A stretch of DNA of 64,000 nt, from positions 288,001 through 352,000 of the forward strand of contig CBDCFW010000005.1 of assembly GCA_965216465.1 (NCBI GenBank). Reading direction: 5' to 3'. The DNA comes from Bacteroidia bacterium (GTDB lineage Bacteria > Bacteroidota > Bacteroidia > NS11-12g > UBA9320). Made by a program: the position numbers and the translations under genes. The notes under the pieces are model-generated. The model did not search any database and was not told where the DNA came from. It was given only the letters and a program-made list of their open reading frames with translations. The stretch's first letter is position 1, and each line of letters begins with the position of its first letter. This document shows, in pieces, positions 22,401 through 31,733 of the stretch.

Positions 22401-22950
22401 TATTCTCTAATCCATGTCGTTGTAGTTCAATGTAGAAGTCTTCACCAAAAATGTCGATGTATTCCTTCAGAAGAATTTCTGCTTCTTCTTCTCCCTTAAA
22501 TAAAATAGCTTGAGGAATTTCAGCACCAATACAACACGAAGTTGCGATAAGACCTTCACTGTATTTCTTTAGGATAGTTTTATCGATACGTGGATATTTC
22601 CCGTATAAGCCTTCGGTATAGCCAAGTGAACACAGCAAAGAAATATTTTCATAGCCTTTTTGGTTTTTGGCAAGAATGAGCTGATGATAGCGCTTATCTT
22701 TTGTGTCTCCAACGAACGATCTTCGTGTTCGGTCTTCGACCATATAGAACTCACAGCCCACAATAGGCTTAACACCATGCTTCAATCCTGAGTTCACAAA
22801 TTTAAATGCCCCAAACATGTTACCGTGATCAGTAAGTGCAACCGCACGCATTCCATCGGCTTTGGCTTTGGCAAACATGTCATCAATTCGAGCCGCTCCG
22901 TCTAAGAGCGAAAATTGGCTGTGGCAATGTAAATGTGAAAATGAAGGCAT
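19411..22950 (-). CDS. dnaE: DNA polymerase III alpha subunit
   Basis: HLHCHSQFSLLDG PHP domain, GPGRGSAAGS, PDIDIDF, YAFNKSHS; ATG 22950 preferred. Confidence 0.99.
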   Translation of the reverse strand: MPSFSHLHCHSQFSLLDGAARIDDMFAKAKADGMRAVALTDHGNMFGAFKFVNSGLKHGVKPIVGCEFYMVEDRTRRSFVGDTKDKRYHQLILAKNQKGYENISLLCSLGYTEGLYGKYPRIDKTILKKYSEGLIATSCCIGAEIPQAILFKGEEEAEILLKEYIDIFGEDFYIELQRHGLENIDGTGKSQEDVNQVLMKFAAKYNLNVIATNDSHYMEEDDAMPHDILLCINTGSKISDPKGFGKGKRFAFPNNEFFFKTQEEMGRLFADIPEALDNTNIIVDSIETPKLSRDVLLPNYVLPQGFKTQDEYLKYLTFEGAKRRYKEITADIEERLNFELSVIAASGYPGYFLIVQDFTSVARDMGVSVGPGRGSAAGSAVAYCLGITNVDPIAYNLLFERFLNPERVSMPDIDIDFDDEGRQKVIDYVVDKYGQKQVAQIITYGSMAARSSLRDVGRVLDVPLPEVDRVAKTFPKHLKANLNKVLAENGVDPKLKGDLNSEDVQAAEDFRKLAEGKDDIGKMIQTAKRLEGSVRNTGIHACGVIITPDEITKYIPVTVAKDSDLLVTQFDNSVVESAGLLKMDFLGLKTLTIIKDAVEIIKDKHGVEIVPDEIPLDDPKTLELFAKGNTNGVFQFESPGMQKNLKMLKPDKFEDLIAMNALYRPGPMDYIKNFIARKHGREEIVYDLADMEEYLSDTYGITVYQEQVMLLSQKLANFTKGQADSLRKAMGKKKIEEMNKLFDLFIEQGVGNGHAEDTLKKVWKDWEAFASYAFNKSHSTCYAYLAFHTGYLKAHYPAEFMASVLTHNMNDIKKVSFFMDECKRQNIPILGPSVNESASKFSVNKDGAIRFGLGAIKGVGDTAAKEIIRERKETGEYTSLFELCKRVNQRVVNKKSLENLAIAGAFDEFGSNRSSYVTEVQQGTGISMAIKYGNQVQNDTLNSQSSLFGDSADLEIKEPDLPTIDDWTLMEKLQREKELVGIYISGHPLSKFKFEIDHFTTHQLVDLEDAGFDLLDKEIKVAGLITSVRDSVSKNGKPYAIINVEDFSGSREFMLFGEKYASFKGFLELNAQIFITTVGERSYRDRSKLDLNIKDISFLADAVENQLKQVTIKVNAADITEELMANLFELVDERGKVKLAFKITDNGKEVKASSERYRLQMDEITRNKLEALEMPFKFN

Positions 22951-23087
22951 TAAATCGTTCTGTTTGTACAAGTATAATTAAAATACAAAGTGAATTTCAG
23001 ATAGTTTTATTCAAGATTTTAAGAATTTATAGACGACTACAAATAATTAATTCTTAAACTTTATAATTGTTTCAATTTAAACAATAA

Positions 23088-24029
23088 ATGAAGAAGATTG
23101 TATCGTATATCAAGGCCTACTACAAAGACCACTTCAATTGGTACGAATTCATCTTTGCACTCCTGTTTATAGCAGGATTTGTTTACCTAAATTATGGAAC
23201 ATCTCATATTCGTGATTTATGGAGAGAAAGTTATTGGGATGGACACTATTATCACTTTCAATTTATACTCTATCTTTCACCTATAATCATTGGATACCTT
23301 TCTAGTTCCTTGTTTAACAGGCATTGGGAAATCTGGACCAACTGGAAGTTCTGGCTGCTTATAATTTTAGCTGCTGGTGTTTTTTCTTTCAGAGGAACAG
23401 TTCACTTCATGACTTCATCATGGTTTGAAAGCTTACGAAGCCACGAACATTACAATTGGATTCGATCAGTCATTGGCACCATTATGCGAAGTGCAGCACT
23501 GCTTGTTCCGATAGCGATATACTGGCTCATTTTTGACCGTAAAAAGCGGCGATATTATGGTTTCACTCTGAAAAATTTTGATACAAAACCTTACTTCGCG
23601 ATGCTAGCAATTATGCTGCCCCTTATCGTTTTAGCCAGTACTCAAAGTGACTTTTTAGGTGCATATCCACGTGGTCAAAAGTTTCATTCTTTAGCCATAG
23701 AAAATAGCGAACATTGGAAATATTTTGGTTTGTACGAATTGGTTTATGGCCTTGACTTTATTAGCATTGAGTTTTTCTTTAGAGGATTCATGATTTTGGC
23801 TTTTGTTGCCATTGCTGGACCACGAGCAATTTTACCCATGGCTGTTTTTTACGTTGTAATTCATTGGGGTAAACCAGCTGGAGAATTGGTGAGCTCCTTT
23901 TTTGGTGGGACGCTTTTGGGCATTATTGCTTATTACAGCGAATCAATAATAGGAGGTATTATAGTACATATGGGCATCGCTTGGATGATGGAAATTGGAG
24001 CATTAGTCGGTCATTATTTTAATTCATGA
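23088..24029 (+). CDS. CPBP/CAAX-type intramembrane glutamic endopeptidase
   Basis: EFFFRG, HWGKP..E and HMG motifs; multiple TM helices. Confidence 0.88.
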   Translation: MKKIVSYIKAYYKDHFNWYEFIFALLFIAGFVYLNYGTSHIRDLWRESYWDGHYYHFQFILYLSPIIIGYLSSSLFNRHWEIWTNWKFWLLIILAAGVFSFRGTVHFMTSSWFESLRSHEHYNWIRSVIGTIMRSAALLVPIAIYWLIFDRKKRRYYGFTLKNFDTKPYFAMLAIMLPLIVLASTQSDFLGAYPRGQKFHSLAIENSEHWKYFGLYELVYGLDFISIEFFFRGFMILAFVAIAGPRAILPMAVFYVVIHWGKPAGELVSSFFGGTLLGIIAYYSESIIGGIIVHMGIAWMMEIGALVGHYFNS

Positions 24030-26116
24030 CCCCATTTCTAAAAACAGAAATACAATTCCTTAAAGGTGTAGGCCAAGTTCGGGCTGAAATACTCAATAAA
24101 GAATTGGGCATCTTCACTTTCGAAGATCTACTTCTTCACTACCCTTTCAGATATGTCGATCGCCGGCACTTTCAAAATGTTGCTGACTTAACTCATGATG
24201 TTAACGAACTCGTTCAGCTAAAAGGAAGAATAATTCATTTAGAAGAAGTTGGCTTTAAGCATAAAAGCCGACTAGTTGCTACGTTTTACGACGGAACGGG
24301 AGAAATAGACTTGGTATGGTTTAAAGGAACCAAGTGGCTAAAGGCCAACATTGTGATAAATGATGAAATTGTAATCTTCGGAAAGCCAACGTATTTCAAG
24401 AATAAGATTAGCATGAATCATCCAGAGATGGAACCCTTCGCAAAACGTGCTCAAAACATAGCAATGGAACCGGTTTATACCGTGACGGAAACCATGCGAA
24501 ATAGGAGGTTTGAATCGAAGCAACTGAGGCAGGTTATTCAAAATCTTTTAGAACACGAAGCTTTTAATGTTCCTGAGTTTTATACCGATGAAATGCGTAA
24601 GACATACAAATTGGTAGATCGAAGTCAAGCCTTTCGATTTATACATAGACCTCCGAGTCCTCGACACGCTGACGCAGCTCGATATCGTCTAAAATTTGAA
24701 GAACTTTTCTTCTTACAGCTACCATTTTTAAGACAAAAACTGCTAAGAAACGATGCTCACCTTGGAATTCCTTTTGAACCCATTTCTCCTCTTTTTCAAA
24801 AGTTTTGTGAGAAACATTTGCCTTTTGAACTTACAAATGCTCAGGTAAAAGTGCTTCAAGAAATAAAAACAGATCTATGTTCAGGCAATCAAATGAATCG
24901 GCTATTACAGGGTGATGTTGGTAGCGGTAAAACCATTGTTGCTTTTTTATCTGTTCTAATGGCCATTGACAATCGTTGTCAAGCTAGTATCATGGCTCCA
25001 ACAGAGATATTAGCCACTCAGCACTATTTGGGTCTGAAAGAAATGGCAGAAGCAATTGGAATTCAAATCGCTTTATTAACGGGGTCTACTCCGACTTCCG
25101 AGCGAAAGGAACTTCATCGATTATTGAGGCTTGGAGAAATCCATTTACTTATTGGCACCCATGCACTAATCGAAGAAGTCGTTCAATTTCAAAACTTAGG
25201 CTTAGTTATTATTGATGAGCAACATCGTTTTGGTGTGGCACAACGTGCCAAACTTCAGTCTAAAGGACAAAAACCTCCTCACGTTTTGGTTATGACCGCG
25301 ACTCCTATTCCCCGAACGTTAGCGATGAGTTTGTATGGCGATTTGGACTATAGTGTTATTGACGAACTGCCTGCAGGGCGAAAGGCGATTAAAACAGTTC
25401 ATCGTTTTGGATTTGCACGAACCAAGGTTTGGGAGTTTATAAAAGATCAGATAGCCAAAGGCCGCCAAGCGTATATTGTTTACCCTCTAATAGAAGAATC
25501 AGAAAAGCTGCATTATCGTGATCTCAATAACGGCTACGATGATCTGCTACAATTTTTTCCACGACCAGAATATCAGGTAGATATGCTTCATGGCAAGATG
25601 AAAGCCAAGGATAAAGAAGCTGTTATGCAACGCTTTAAAAATGGAGAAAGCCATATTGTCGTGAGCACCACGGTTATTGAAGTGGGTATAAATGTTCCTA
25701 ACGCGAGTATCATGGTCATAGAGAGTTCTGAAAAGTTTGGACTATCACAGCTCCACCAGCTGCGGGGTCGTGTAGGACGAGGTGCTGAACAAAGTTACTG
25801 CATCTTACTCAGCTCCAAAAAACTTAGCGACAATGCCAAAACCAGATTAAAGGCTATGGTAAAAACAAACAGTGGCTTTGAATTAAGTGAAATTGACATG
25901 CAACTCCGCGGTTTTGGAGATATCGCAGGCACCCGCCAAAGCGGTTTAGAACAACTCAAATTGGCATCCTTGGGTACCGATTCTGACATTGCTCAAAACG
26001 CAAGAAAATCATTAATCGAATTGTTGTCCAATGACCCAGAACTTGAAAAAAATCCAAAATTATTAACCCATATTCGCCAGAATAGGGAGTTTAAGGATTG
26101 GATTAAAATTGCATAA
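24026..26116 (+). CDS. recG: ATP-dependent DNA helicase RecG
   Basis: LLQGDVGSGKT, IDEQHRFGV, TATPIPR, QLHQLRGRVGRG. Confidence 0.99.
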   Translation: MTPFLKTEIQFLKGVGQVRAEILNKELGIFTFEDLLLHYPFRYVDRRHFQNVADLTHDVNELVQLKGRIIHLEEVGFKHKSRLVATFYDGTGEIDLVWFKGTKWLKANIVINDEIVIFGKPTYFKNKISMNHPEMEPFAKRAQNIAMEPVYTVTETMRNRRFESKQLRQVIQNLLEHEAFNVPEFYTDEMRKTYKLVDRSQAFRFIHRPPSPRHADAARYRLKFEELFFLQLPFLRQKLLRNDAHLGIPFEPISPLFQKFCEKHLPFELTNAQVKVLQEIKTDLCSGNQMNRLLQGDVGSGKTIVAFLSVLMAIDNRCQASIMAPTEILATQHYLGLKEMAEAIGIQIALLTGSTPTSERKELHRLLRLGEIHLLIGTHALIEEVVQFQNLGLVIIDEQHRFGVAQRAKLQSKGQKPPHVLVMTATPIPRTLAMSLYGDLDYSVIDELPAGRKAIKTVHRFGFARTKVWEFIKDQIAKGRQAYIVYPLIEESEKLHYRDLNNGYDDLLQFFPRPEYQVDMLHGKMKAKDKEAVMQRFKNGESHIVVSTTVIEVGINVPNASIMVIESSEKFGLSQLHQLRGRVGRGAEQSYCILLSSKKLSDNAKTRLKAMVKTNSGFELSEIDMQLRGFGDIAGTRQSGLEQLKLASLGTDSDIAQNARKSLIELLSNDPELEKNPKLLTHIRQNREFKDWIKIA

Positions 26117-26635
26117 TTACAGAGCCTCTATCATCTGTTTTAGCGTTTCGTATTGAAAATCTGCTCTCGTTTTTGACCCTTCTTTATTGTAAAGATAAAT
26201 TCTCATTAACGGACTTTTAGCTATGATGGTAGTATGTACAATGAGCTTTGATCTTGTGCTATCGATTGCTTCAAAGTGCATTTCTGATTCAATCTCCATA
26301 AAGTCTTTTACTACACCCTTAAATGCATATAACTTTCCTTCCTCATAACCGGTTACCGTTTCTTGCATTACCATCTTTTGGCCTTCTTCATTAAAAGTCA
26401 CTTCATACTTGCTCCCTACTTCTCCATTTCCTTTAACTAATTTGACCGATTCACAACCTTCTAGCCACTCTCCCATTCGATCAGGATCCATTGCAACATC
26501 CCAAGTGCTCGATACTGGAGCATTAATTTCCTTCTTGATATTGTAATGAATATTCTTCGGAGCGAAAACAATCAGTCCTCCAAAAGCCACTACCAAAAAC
26601 AGAACAAAAATTCCTACATATTTCACAAACTTCAT
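26117..26635 (-). CDS. SRPBCC family protein with N-terminal TM anchor
   Basis: EINAPVSSTW...GEVGSKY...ETVT. Confidence 0.8.
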   Translation of the reverse strand: MKFVKYVGIFVLFLVVAFGGLIVFAPKNIHYNIKKEINAPVSSTWDVAMDPDRMGEWLEGCESVKLVKGNGEVGSKYEVTFNEEGQKMVMQETVTGYEEGKLYAFKGVVKDFMEIESEMHFEAIDSTRSKLIVHTTIIAKSPLMRIYLYNKEGSKTRADFQYETLKQMIEAL

Positions 26636-26729
26636 GTAACAAAGTTAGCTTTTTGCCAATCAACGCATTTAACAATATTGATTTTTTTCACTAACTTACA
26701 CCCCAACTAATCTTATAACTATTAACAAA

Positions 26730-29171
26730 ATGCAATTACGTTATTTCTGTATAGCAGTCTTGATAGCGGCTGTTTTTACCTCCAATGCTCAAACCACGTA
26801 TGATGCAAGCCTAGACTCATTAGGTTTCGAATATCAAGAGTATCCCCTTATTCCTCTTACACAAATCGACCCGTTTGATTTTCACGCCAAAGTGAAAAGT
26901 ATAGGCAGTGGGGATGTGACCAACACTAAGGTATATGTTAGCGGAAGCTATAGCGATTCGGTCGTTTTAGGTGATATTGCTTATGGCAACAGCTCGTCGG
27001 GTAACACTACATCTTCATACTCGCCTTCTACAATTGGAAACAAGTCTTTTTATATCAACACTGTCATCAATGAATCGGATATCGACCTTACAAATAATGT
27101 AGACACCATTGGCTTGGAAATAACTCAGAGAACGATGGCACGTGAATACAATGCGGTGACAGGAGGAATTGGCTATAATGGAAGTTCTGGACCCGTAGGA
27201 AATCGATTTAAGATAAAAGGTGATACGGTTACATCTGTCTCGTTTTACATATTTAATCCACCTGCTGGCGATTCTGTAAAAGTTCACATTCACAACTATA
27301 GTAATGGAGTTGGTACGTTGGTTCAAAGCTCGGACCATGTAGTACTTTCTGCAAGTCAGAACTGGTATACTTTACCGCTTAAATGCCCTGCTATTCTTAG
27401 CGACGGTGAATATTTAGTATCTGTTGACCAATTGGTAGTAGGTTCAAACATGAGCTTAGGTTATACTCTCGACTTTTATACCGATTCTTCTGCTTTTTAT
27501 AATGGCGGAGGTGCAGGTTGGAATACGCTCGAAAGTGCTGGATTTGAAGGCACCTTGTTGATACGTGTGAATTTTGGCTCAATAGAAGCGTCTATAAACG
27601 CATCAGCCGATACAATTTGCGAAGGACAATCAGCAGACTTAGAAGCATTTGGTGGTAAGTCATGGACTTGGTCGCCTGCTGGAAGCTTGTCTTCTAGTTC
27701 AGACAAAGTTGTGACAGCTAGTCCGACGACTACAACAAAGTACTACCTTACATCAGACTATGGTTGCTCAAATGTTGCATACGACAGCTTTACTTTAATA
27801 GTTGAAAAAAATCCGACCGGTACGATATCAAGCGATACAACAATCTGTATTGGCGGCACTGCTTCATTGAAGGCAAGTGGTGGCTCTTCATACAAATGGG
27901 GAGGCGGCCCAGCAAATGGCAATTGGAACGTATCACCAAAAGAAACCAAGTTTTATACCGTTACGATAGACAGCACTAATGGTTGCAATACAGAACTAGG
28001 AACTTTTGTTGCAGTGAGTGTTCCAGAAGTTATAGCTTATAAAGACACCATGGTTTGTGCAGGAACCTCTGTTCAGTTTACTGCTGATCGTGCTTCTACC
28101 TACCAATGGGAGGATGGCCCAGCTACATCATCATACAACTATACCGTGAATGGTAAAGATACCTTGGTAGTGTTCGGATATAATCATTTGGGATGTGAAG
28201 CCTCCGATTCAGTATTCTTAGACATTTTGCCATCTCCAAGTGTAGTGCCAATGACCGACACTGGAGCCTGCTTTGCACAATATGTGCATGTAAAAACTCA
28301 ATCGGTTGCTGATGAATATGAATGGAGTAACGGTTCAGATTCTTCATCAGCAGTCATTCATGTACTGCTTAGTAAAAATTACATCCTAAAGCTGACTACC
28401 AATAATGGCTGCTCAGCTTACGATACTGTTTTTGTTGAACGTTATCTTCCTCCAGCAGGATCAATTGACCCTGATACAACAATCTGCTTAAACGAATCGT
28501 TGACCATTTCAGCTTATGGGGGTGCAACCTATGAATGGGATAACGGTGAAACCACTCCGGCGATTACAGTATCTCCAGAAGAAGAAACCACCTATAACGT
28601 GACCATTTATAGCGATAAAGGCTGCACTGATTTTGACGATATTACCGTATCAATAGATCCATTAGCGGAACCAGCATTTAAAGTAAACACATTTAAAGAT
28701 TCTGTGGTGTTCACCAATCAATCTCAAGTAGCAGATAGCTTCCATTGGGATTTTGGAGACGGAAACACTTCAACCGAAGAGAATCCTTACAACATTTACG
28801 ACACTTCGGGTAGTTATACAGTAACGCTTACGGCATTTAACAATTGTGGAGGGGTGGACAGTAGTTTCACCATCAATGTTGTTGTTCCTCAATCTGGATC
28901 GGTTACAGAAAACAGTCAGTTTATTAACTTCAAGGTTTACCCAATACCAACACACGAGTCTGTTAAATACAGCCTTTCAAACCAACTATTCGGAGATTAC
29001 AACATAGAAGTTCAAGACATTTCAGGCCGAACCATTTTCAAGGAGCAAGGATATAAATCTTCTAATGAGTTAAATGGAACCATCAACTTGAGCGAGTATG
29101 CAAATGGGGTCTATATACTAAAAGTACAAATTGGTGAATCAGCCTCATCAAAACGACTAATCAAAAACTAA
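26730..29171 (+). CDS. T9SS type A sorting domain protein with five Ig-like repeats and a PKD domain
   Basis: Signal peptide; five 'DTxxC...YxW...GC' repeats; PKD WDFGDG; CTD VYPIP...GVYILKV...KRLIK. Confidence 0.9.
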   Translation: MQLRYFCIAVLIAAVFTSNAQTTYDASLDSLGFEYQEYPLIPLTQIDPFDFHAKVKSIGSGDVTNTKVYVSGSYSDSVVLGDIAYGNSSSGNTTSSYSPSTIGNKSFYINTVINESDIDLTNNVDTIGLEITQRTMAREYNAVTGGIGYNGSSGPVGNRFKIKGDTVTSVSFYIFNPPAGDSVKVHIHNYSNGVGTLVQSSDHVVLSASQNWYTLPLKCPAILSDGEYLVSVDQLVVGSNMSLGYTLDFYTDSSAFYNGGGAGWNTLESAGFEGTLLIRVNFGSIEASINASADTICEGQSADLEAFGGKSWTWSPAGSLSSSSDKVVTASPTTTTKYYLTSDYGCSNVAYDSFTLIVEKNPTGTISSDTTICIGGTASLKASGGSSYKWGGGPANGNWNVSPKETKFYTVTIDSTNGCNTELGTFVAVSVPEVIAYKDTMVCAGTSVQFTADRASTYQWEDGPATSSYNYTVNGKDTLVVFGYNHLGCEASDSVFLDILPSPSVVPMTDTGACFAQYVHVKTQSVADEYEWSNGSDSSSAVIHVLLSKNYILKLTTNNGCSAYDTVFVERYLPPAGSIDPDTTICLNESLTISAYGGATYEWDNGETTPAITVSPEEETTYNVTIYSDKGCTDFDDITVSIDPLAEPAFKVNTFKDSVVFTNQSQVADSFHWDFGDGNTSTEENPYNIYDTSGSYTVTLTAFNNCGGVDSSFTINVVVPQSGSVTENSQFINFKVYPIPTHESVKYSLSNQLFGDYNIEVQDISGRTIFKEQGYKSSNELNGTINLSEYANGVYILKVQIGESASSKRLIKN

Positions 29172-29192
29172 GTTTACGCTAGTATTCTATAA

Positions 29193-29225
29193 GGGGTCCG
29201 GTGGTTAACCACCGGGCTTTTTTTT
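29193..29225 (+). terminator. Intrinsic terminator overlapping the 3' end of the convergent gene
   Basis: gggtccggtgg-ttaa-ccaccgggctt followed by a T-run. Confidence 0.8.
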
Positions 29226-29831
29226 ATAAATTATTAGCTCGGCAATTAGCAAATTGAGCACCCAGCCCAACCATGCCACTATACGATAAGTATCCATCGG
29301 TAAGGGGTCCCATATAAAAACAATCACAAATTTCCAGAGTCTTAAGGTTATTGCAGACAAGGTCAGGGCATAACTTCTTATCATAAAATTTCTGTGCTTG
29401 TTCCATTGCTTTTTTAAGGCATAATACAATGCCATTAATGTAAAAGCTATCCATAATATGGCTAGCAACACAAAAGCGGTTTGGCTGGTCCAACCTCCAT
29501 TCGCGTGAACGCCCAATACAAACCCAGACGGACCCGCCATAAGCAGCACTACTGTAATATACAGATAGCCTAAGTAGCGGTGTACTTTACGAAATCTAGC
29601 TCTCAGCTTTGAGTTAAACTGCGTAAACCCAGCTAAAAGCACAAAGAACGAGGTAAACACATGAAGTTTGAAAAAAGGAATGTAATAGGGTATCTTAACC
29701 TCTTCCGATTTAATTCTTAAAAATGCGGCATCAATTTCAAAAGGTATGTACTGTATTGATATGAGCAACAGCAAATAGGAAAAATAGGCTAGTGCTCCAA
29801 GCAGAAAAAAACCTAAAATCTTTTTAGACAT
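29205..29831 (-). CDS. DUF2306-family membrane protein
   Basis: HRYLGYLY, HRNFMIRSYALT..AITLR, WLGW. Confidence 0.88.
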   Translation of the reverse strand: MSKKILGFFLLGALAYFSYLLLLISIQYIPFEIDAAFLRIKSEEVKIPYYIPFFKLHVFTSFFVLLAGFTQFNSKLRARFRKVHRYLGYLYITVVLLMAGPSGFVLGVHANGGWTSQTAFVLLAILWIAFTLMALYYALKKQWNKHRNFMIRSYALTLSAITLRLWKFVIVFIWDPLPMDTYRIVAWLGWVLNLLIAELIIYKKKPGG

Positions 29832-30868
29832 TAGCGTCCGTAATAATCATAATATTCTTCAGCATGCTCCTCATATGCAAGAAGCAGCTGAATATTGGCC
29901 TTCTCGAGGTCAGTTAGCTCAGATCGGATATCTGCAATTACAGGCATATACCACTCCTGTGAATCAAAATAACGACGTAAGAGTTTGTCTTTAAATGAGT
30001 ATCCATGCCGAGCGTAAATTGAATTTCTCAAAACAAAGATGTCTGCCTTTGAAAGGTTTTCAACGAATGAAACAGTCATTGTGTCAACACTTGGATTCAT
30101 TTCAAAAAGCATTGGAGAGGTAGAATAATACTCTTCACTGTACATGTTCATTTCCTCGATAATAATATTTTTATATTTCAACTCTTTAGCTTCATCCCAG
30201 TCCATAGTATCTTCTACTCCTAGAAAATCGAATGCAGCATTTCTAACCGACCCAAAATGAGCTAAAATACTGTCTTCAGTATACTCGTCAGGCACGACCA
30301 CTTTATTTTCATCGAAGTATGGGTAGTTTAAAGAATCCAAAGCATTGTACTCAAATAATCGCTTTTCAAGGGAATAACTTCGTTTGTATACAGGAATATC
30401 TCCAAAGGCTTCCCATTCTCCTTTGATTATAGAATCTTTTTTGCCAACCTTAAAGGTAAACTTGCCATCGTGAGCTCCATTACCCGGCTCAGAACATTCA
30501 AAATGATAAATGTCAAACTCATCCAATTCAACCGTACCTTTAAATGTGGTGTAGTTATTTGCAATCACACTATGACCAAAAACGGAATCGTTTACGAATG
30601 AATCAATTGAAACATTTATCTTATTTCGATGACTCATTTCTCCCCAAACAAACTCATCATCTGGAATAGCTGATTTAAACCAACCAACCCAATACCCTAT
30701 TAAGTCTATACGTTCATCAATTACAAGATTTTCTGTAAATTCAGGCACATATTCTTTAACAATGTTAGTGGTATCGGAAAGAGGTACTTCTTTTTCTTTG
30801 GTCTCTCCTTTTATTGCAGACGAGCATGAAGCCAAAACAAAAATGGCCAATGGGAATAGGATTTTCAT
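29831..30868 (-). CDS. YARHG domain lipoprotein
   Basis: Lipobox LASC; LRNSIYARHGYSFK...YF...WY.P. Confidence 0.92.
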   Translation of the reverse strand: MKILFPLAIFVLASCSSAIKGETKEKEVPLSDTTNIVKEYVPEFTENLVIDERIDLIGYWVGWFKSAIPDDEFVWGEMSHRNKINVSIDSFVNDSVFGHSVIANNYTTFKGTVELDEFDIYHFECSEPGNGAHDGKFTFKVGKKDSIIKGEWEAFGDIPVYKRSYSLEKRLFEYNALDSLNYPYFDENKVVVPDEYTEDSILAHFGSVRNAAFDFLGVEDTMDWDEAKELKYKNIIIEEMNMYSEEYYSTSPMLFEMNPSVDTMTVSFVENLSKADIFVLRNSIYARHGYSFKDKLLRRYFDSQEWYMPVIADIRSELTDLEKANIQLLLAYEEHAEEYYDYYGR

Positions 30869-30899
30869 AGTTACGAATATAACGAAACTACTATTGGTG

Positions 30900-31505
30900 T
30901 TATTTCACCAACTTGGCCACATACTTTCCTAGTACATCCAATTCAATGTTCACTTTTGTTCCTTCAACAAATTTGTGAAAATTGGTATGCTCGAAAGTAT
31001 AAGGAATAATAGATACACCAAATTCTGTGTCTTTTATGTGCGTAACCGTTAAGCTGGTACCATTAATGGTAATTGACCCTTTGTGAATTATCAGATTTTC
31101 AGGTTGTTGCCCTCCTATTGAAGAGAAATCGTCTTCAAGCTTGAACCTAAAATTCCAACTTCCATCTCTATTCTCAACACTCAATACTCTTGCAGTTCCG
31201 TCAACATGTCCTTGAACGATGTGACCATCCAGACGATCCGCAAGTCTTATGCAACGCTCAAAATTGACTACATCTCCAACATTAAGCTCACCAAGATTGG
31301 TTAAACGCAACGTCTCTTCAATAGCAGTTACTTTATACTTTTCTCCTTCCAGTTCTGTTACGGTTAAACAAACGCCGTTATGGGCTATACTCTGATCGAT
31401 CTTTAACTCGCTTGTTATAGCACAACTAAAAGTAAAATGCACATTAGTTCCGTCATGCTCAATGTTGGTAACCTTTGCTAACCGTTCTATAATTCCTGAA
31501 AACAT
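30900..31505 (-). CDS. ribE: Riboflavin synthase alpha chain (ribC in E. coli nomenclature)
   Basis: MFSGII, NGVCLTV, GHIVQGHVD; TAACTTTG promoter upstream. Confidence 0.97.
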   Translation of the reverse strand: MFSGIIERLAKVTNIEHDGTNVHFTFSCAITSELKIDQSIAHNGVCLTVTELEGEKYKVTAIEETLRLTNLGELNVGDVVNFERCIRLADRLDGHIVQGHVDGTARVLSVENRDGSWNFRFKLEDDFSSIGGQQPENLIIHKGSITINGTSLTVTHIKDTEFGVSIIPYTFEHTNFHKFVEGTKVNIELDVLGKYVAKLVK

Positions 31506-31534
31506 AATTCAATAGGTTTTGCAAAGTTAATTGC

Positions 31535-31570
31535 AAAAAAAATCTCCTACTTCTAAAGCAGGAGATTTTT
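31535..31570 (-). terminator. Intrinsic terminator for the sdh / small-ORF transcript
   Basis: Minus strand aaaaatctcctgctt-tag-aagtaggagatttttttt. Confidence 0.85.
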
Positions 31571-31591
31571 ATAATTCTTATTTAAAAAATC

Positions 31592-31669
31592 TTAAATGAC
31601 TTCGTTAGTCCATTTAAAGTTTTTAAGTCTTGTAAGAAAAAATCTAATTTGTTTAATTTTTTGTGACAT
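31592..31669 (-). CDS. Putative 25-aa small protein MSQKIKQIRFFLTRLKNFKWTNEVI
   Basis: ATG-to-TAA ORF between a TAATTTTG promoter (31703-31696) and a terminator; shorter than any ORF in the track. Confidence 0.55.
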   Translation of the reverse strand: MSQKIKQIRFFLTRLKNFKWTNEVI

Positions 31670-31733
31670 AAGCGTTGTAGTTTAAAAATTCATACCAAAA
31701 TTAAACATAAAATCTGATATTTCCTAATTTGAC

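Noticed and set aside
19411-22950. Possible intein or fused exonuclease in DnaE
   Set aside because: Length is ordinary, with no intein splice motifs or extra domain; only short insertions.
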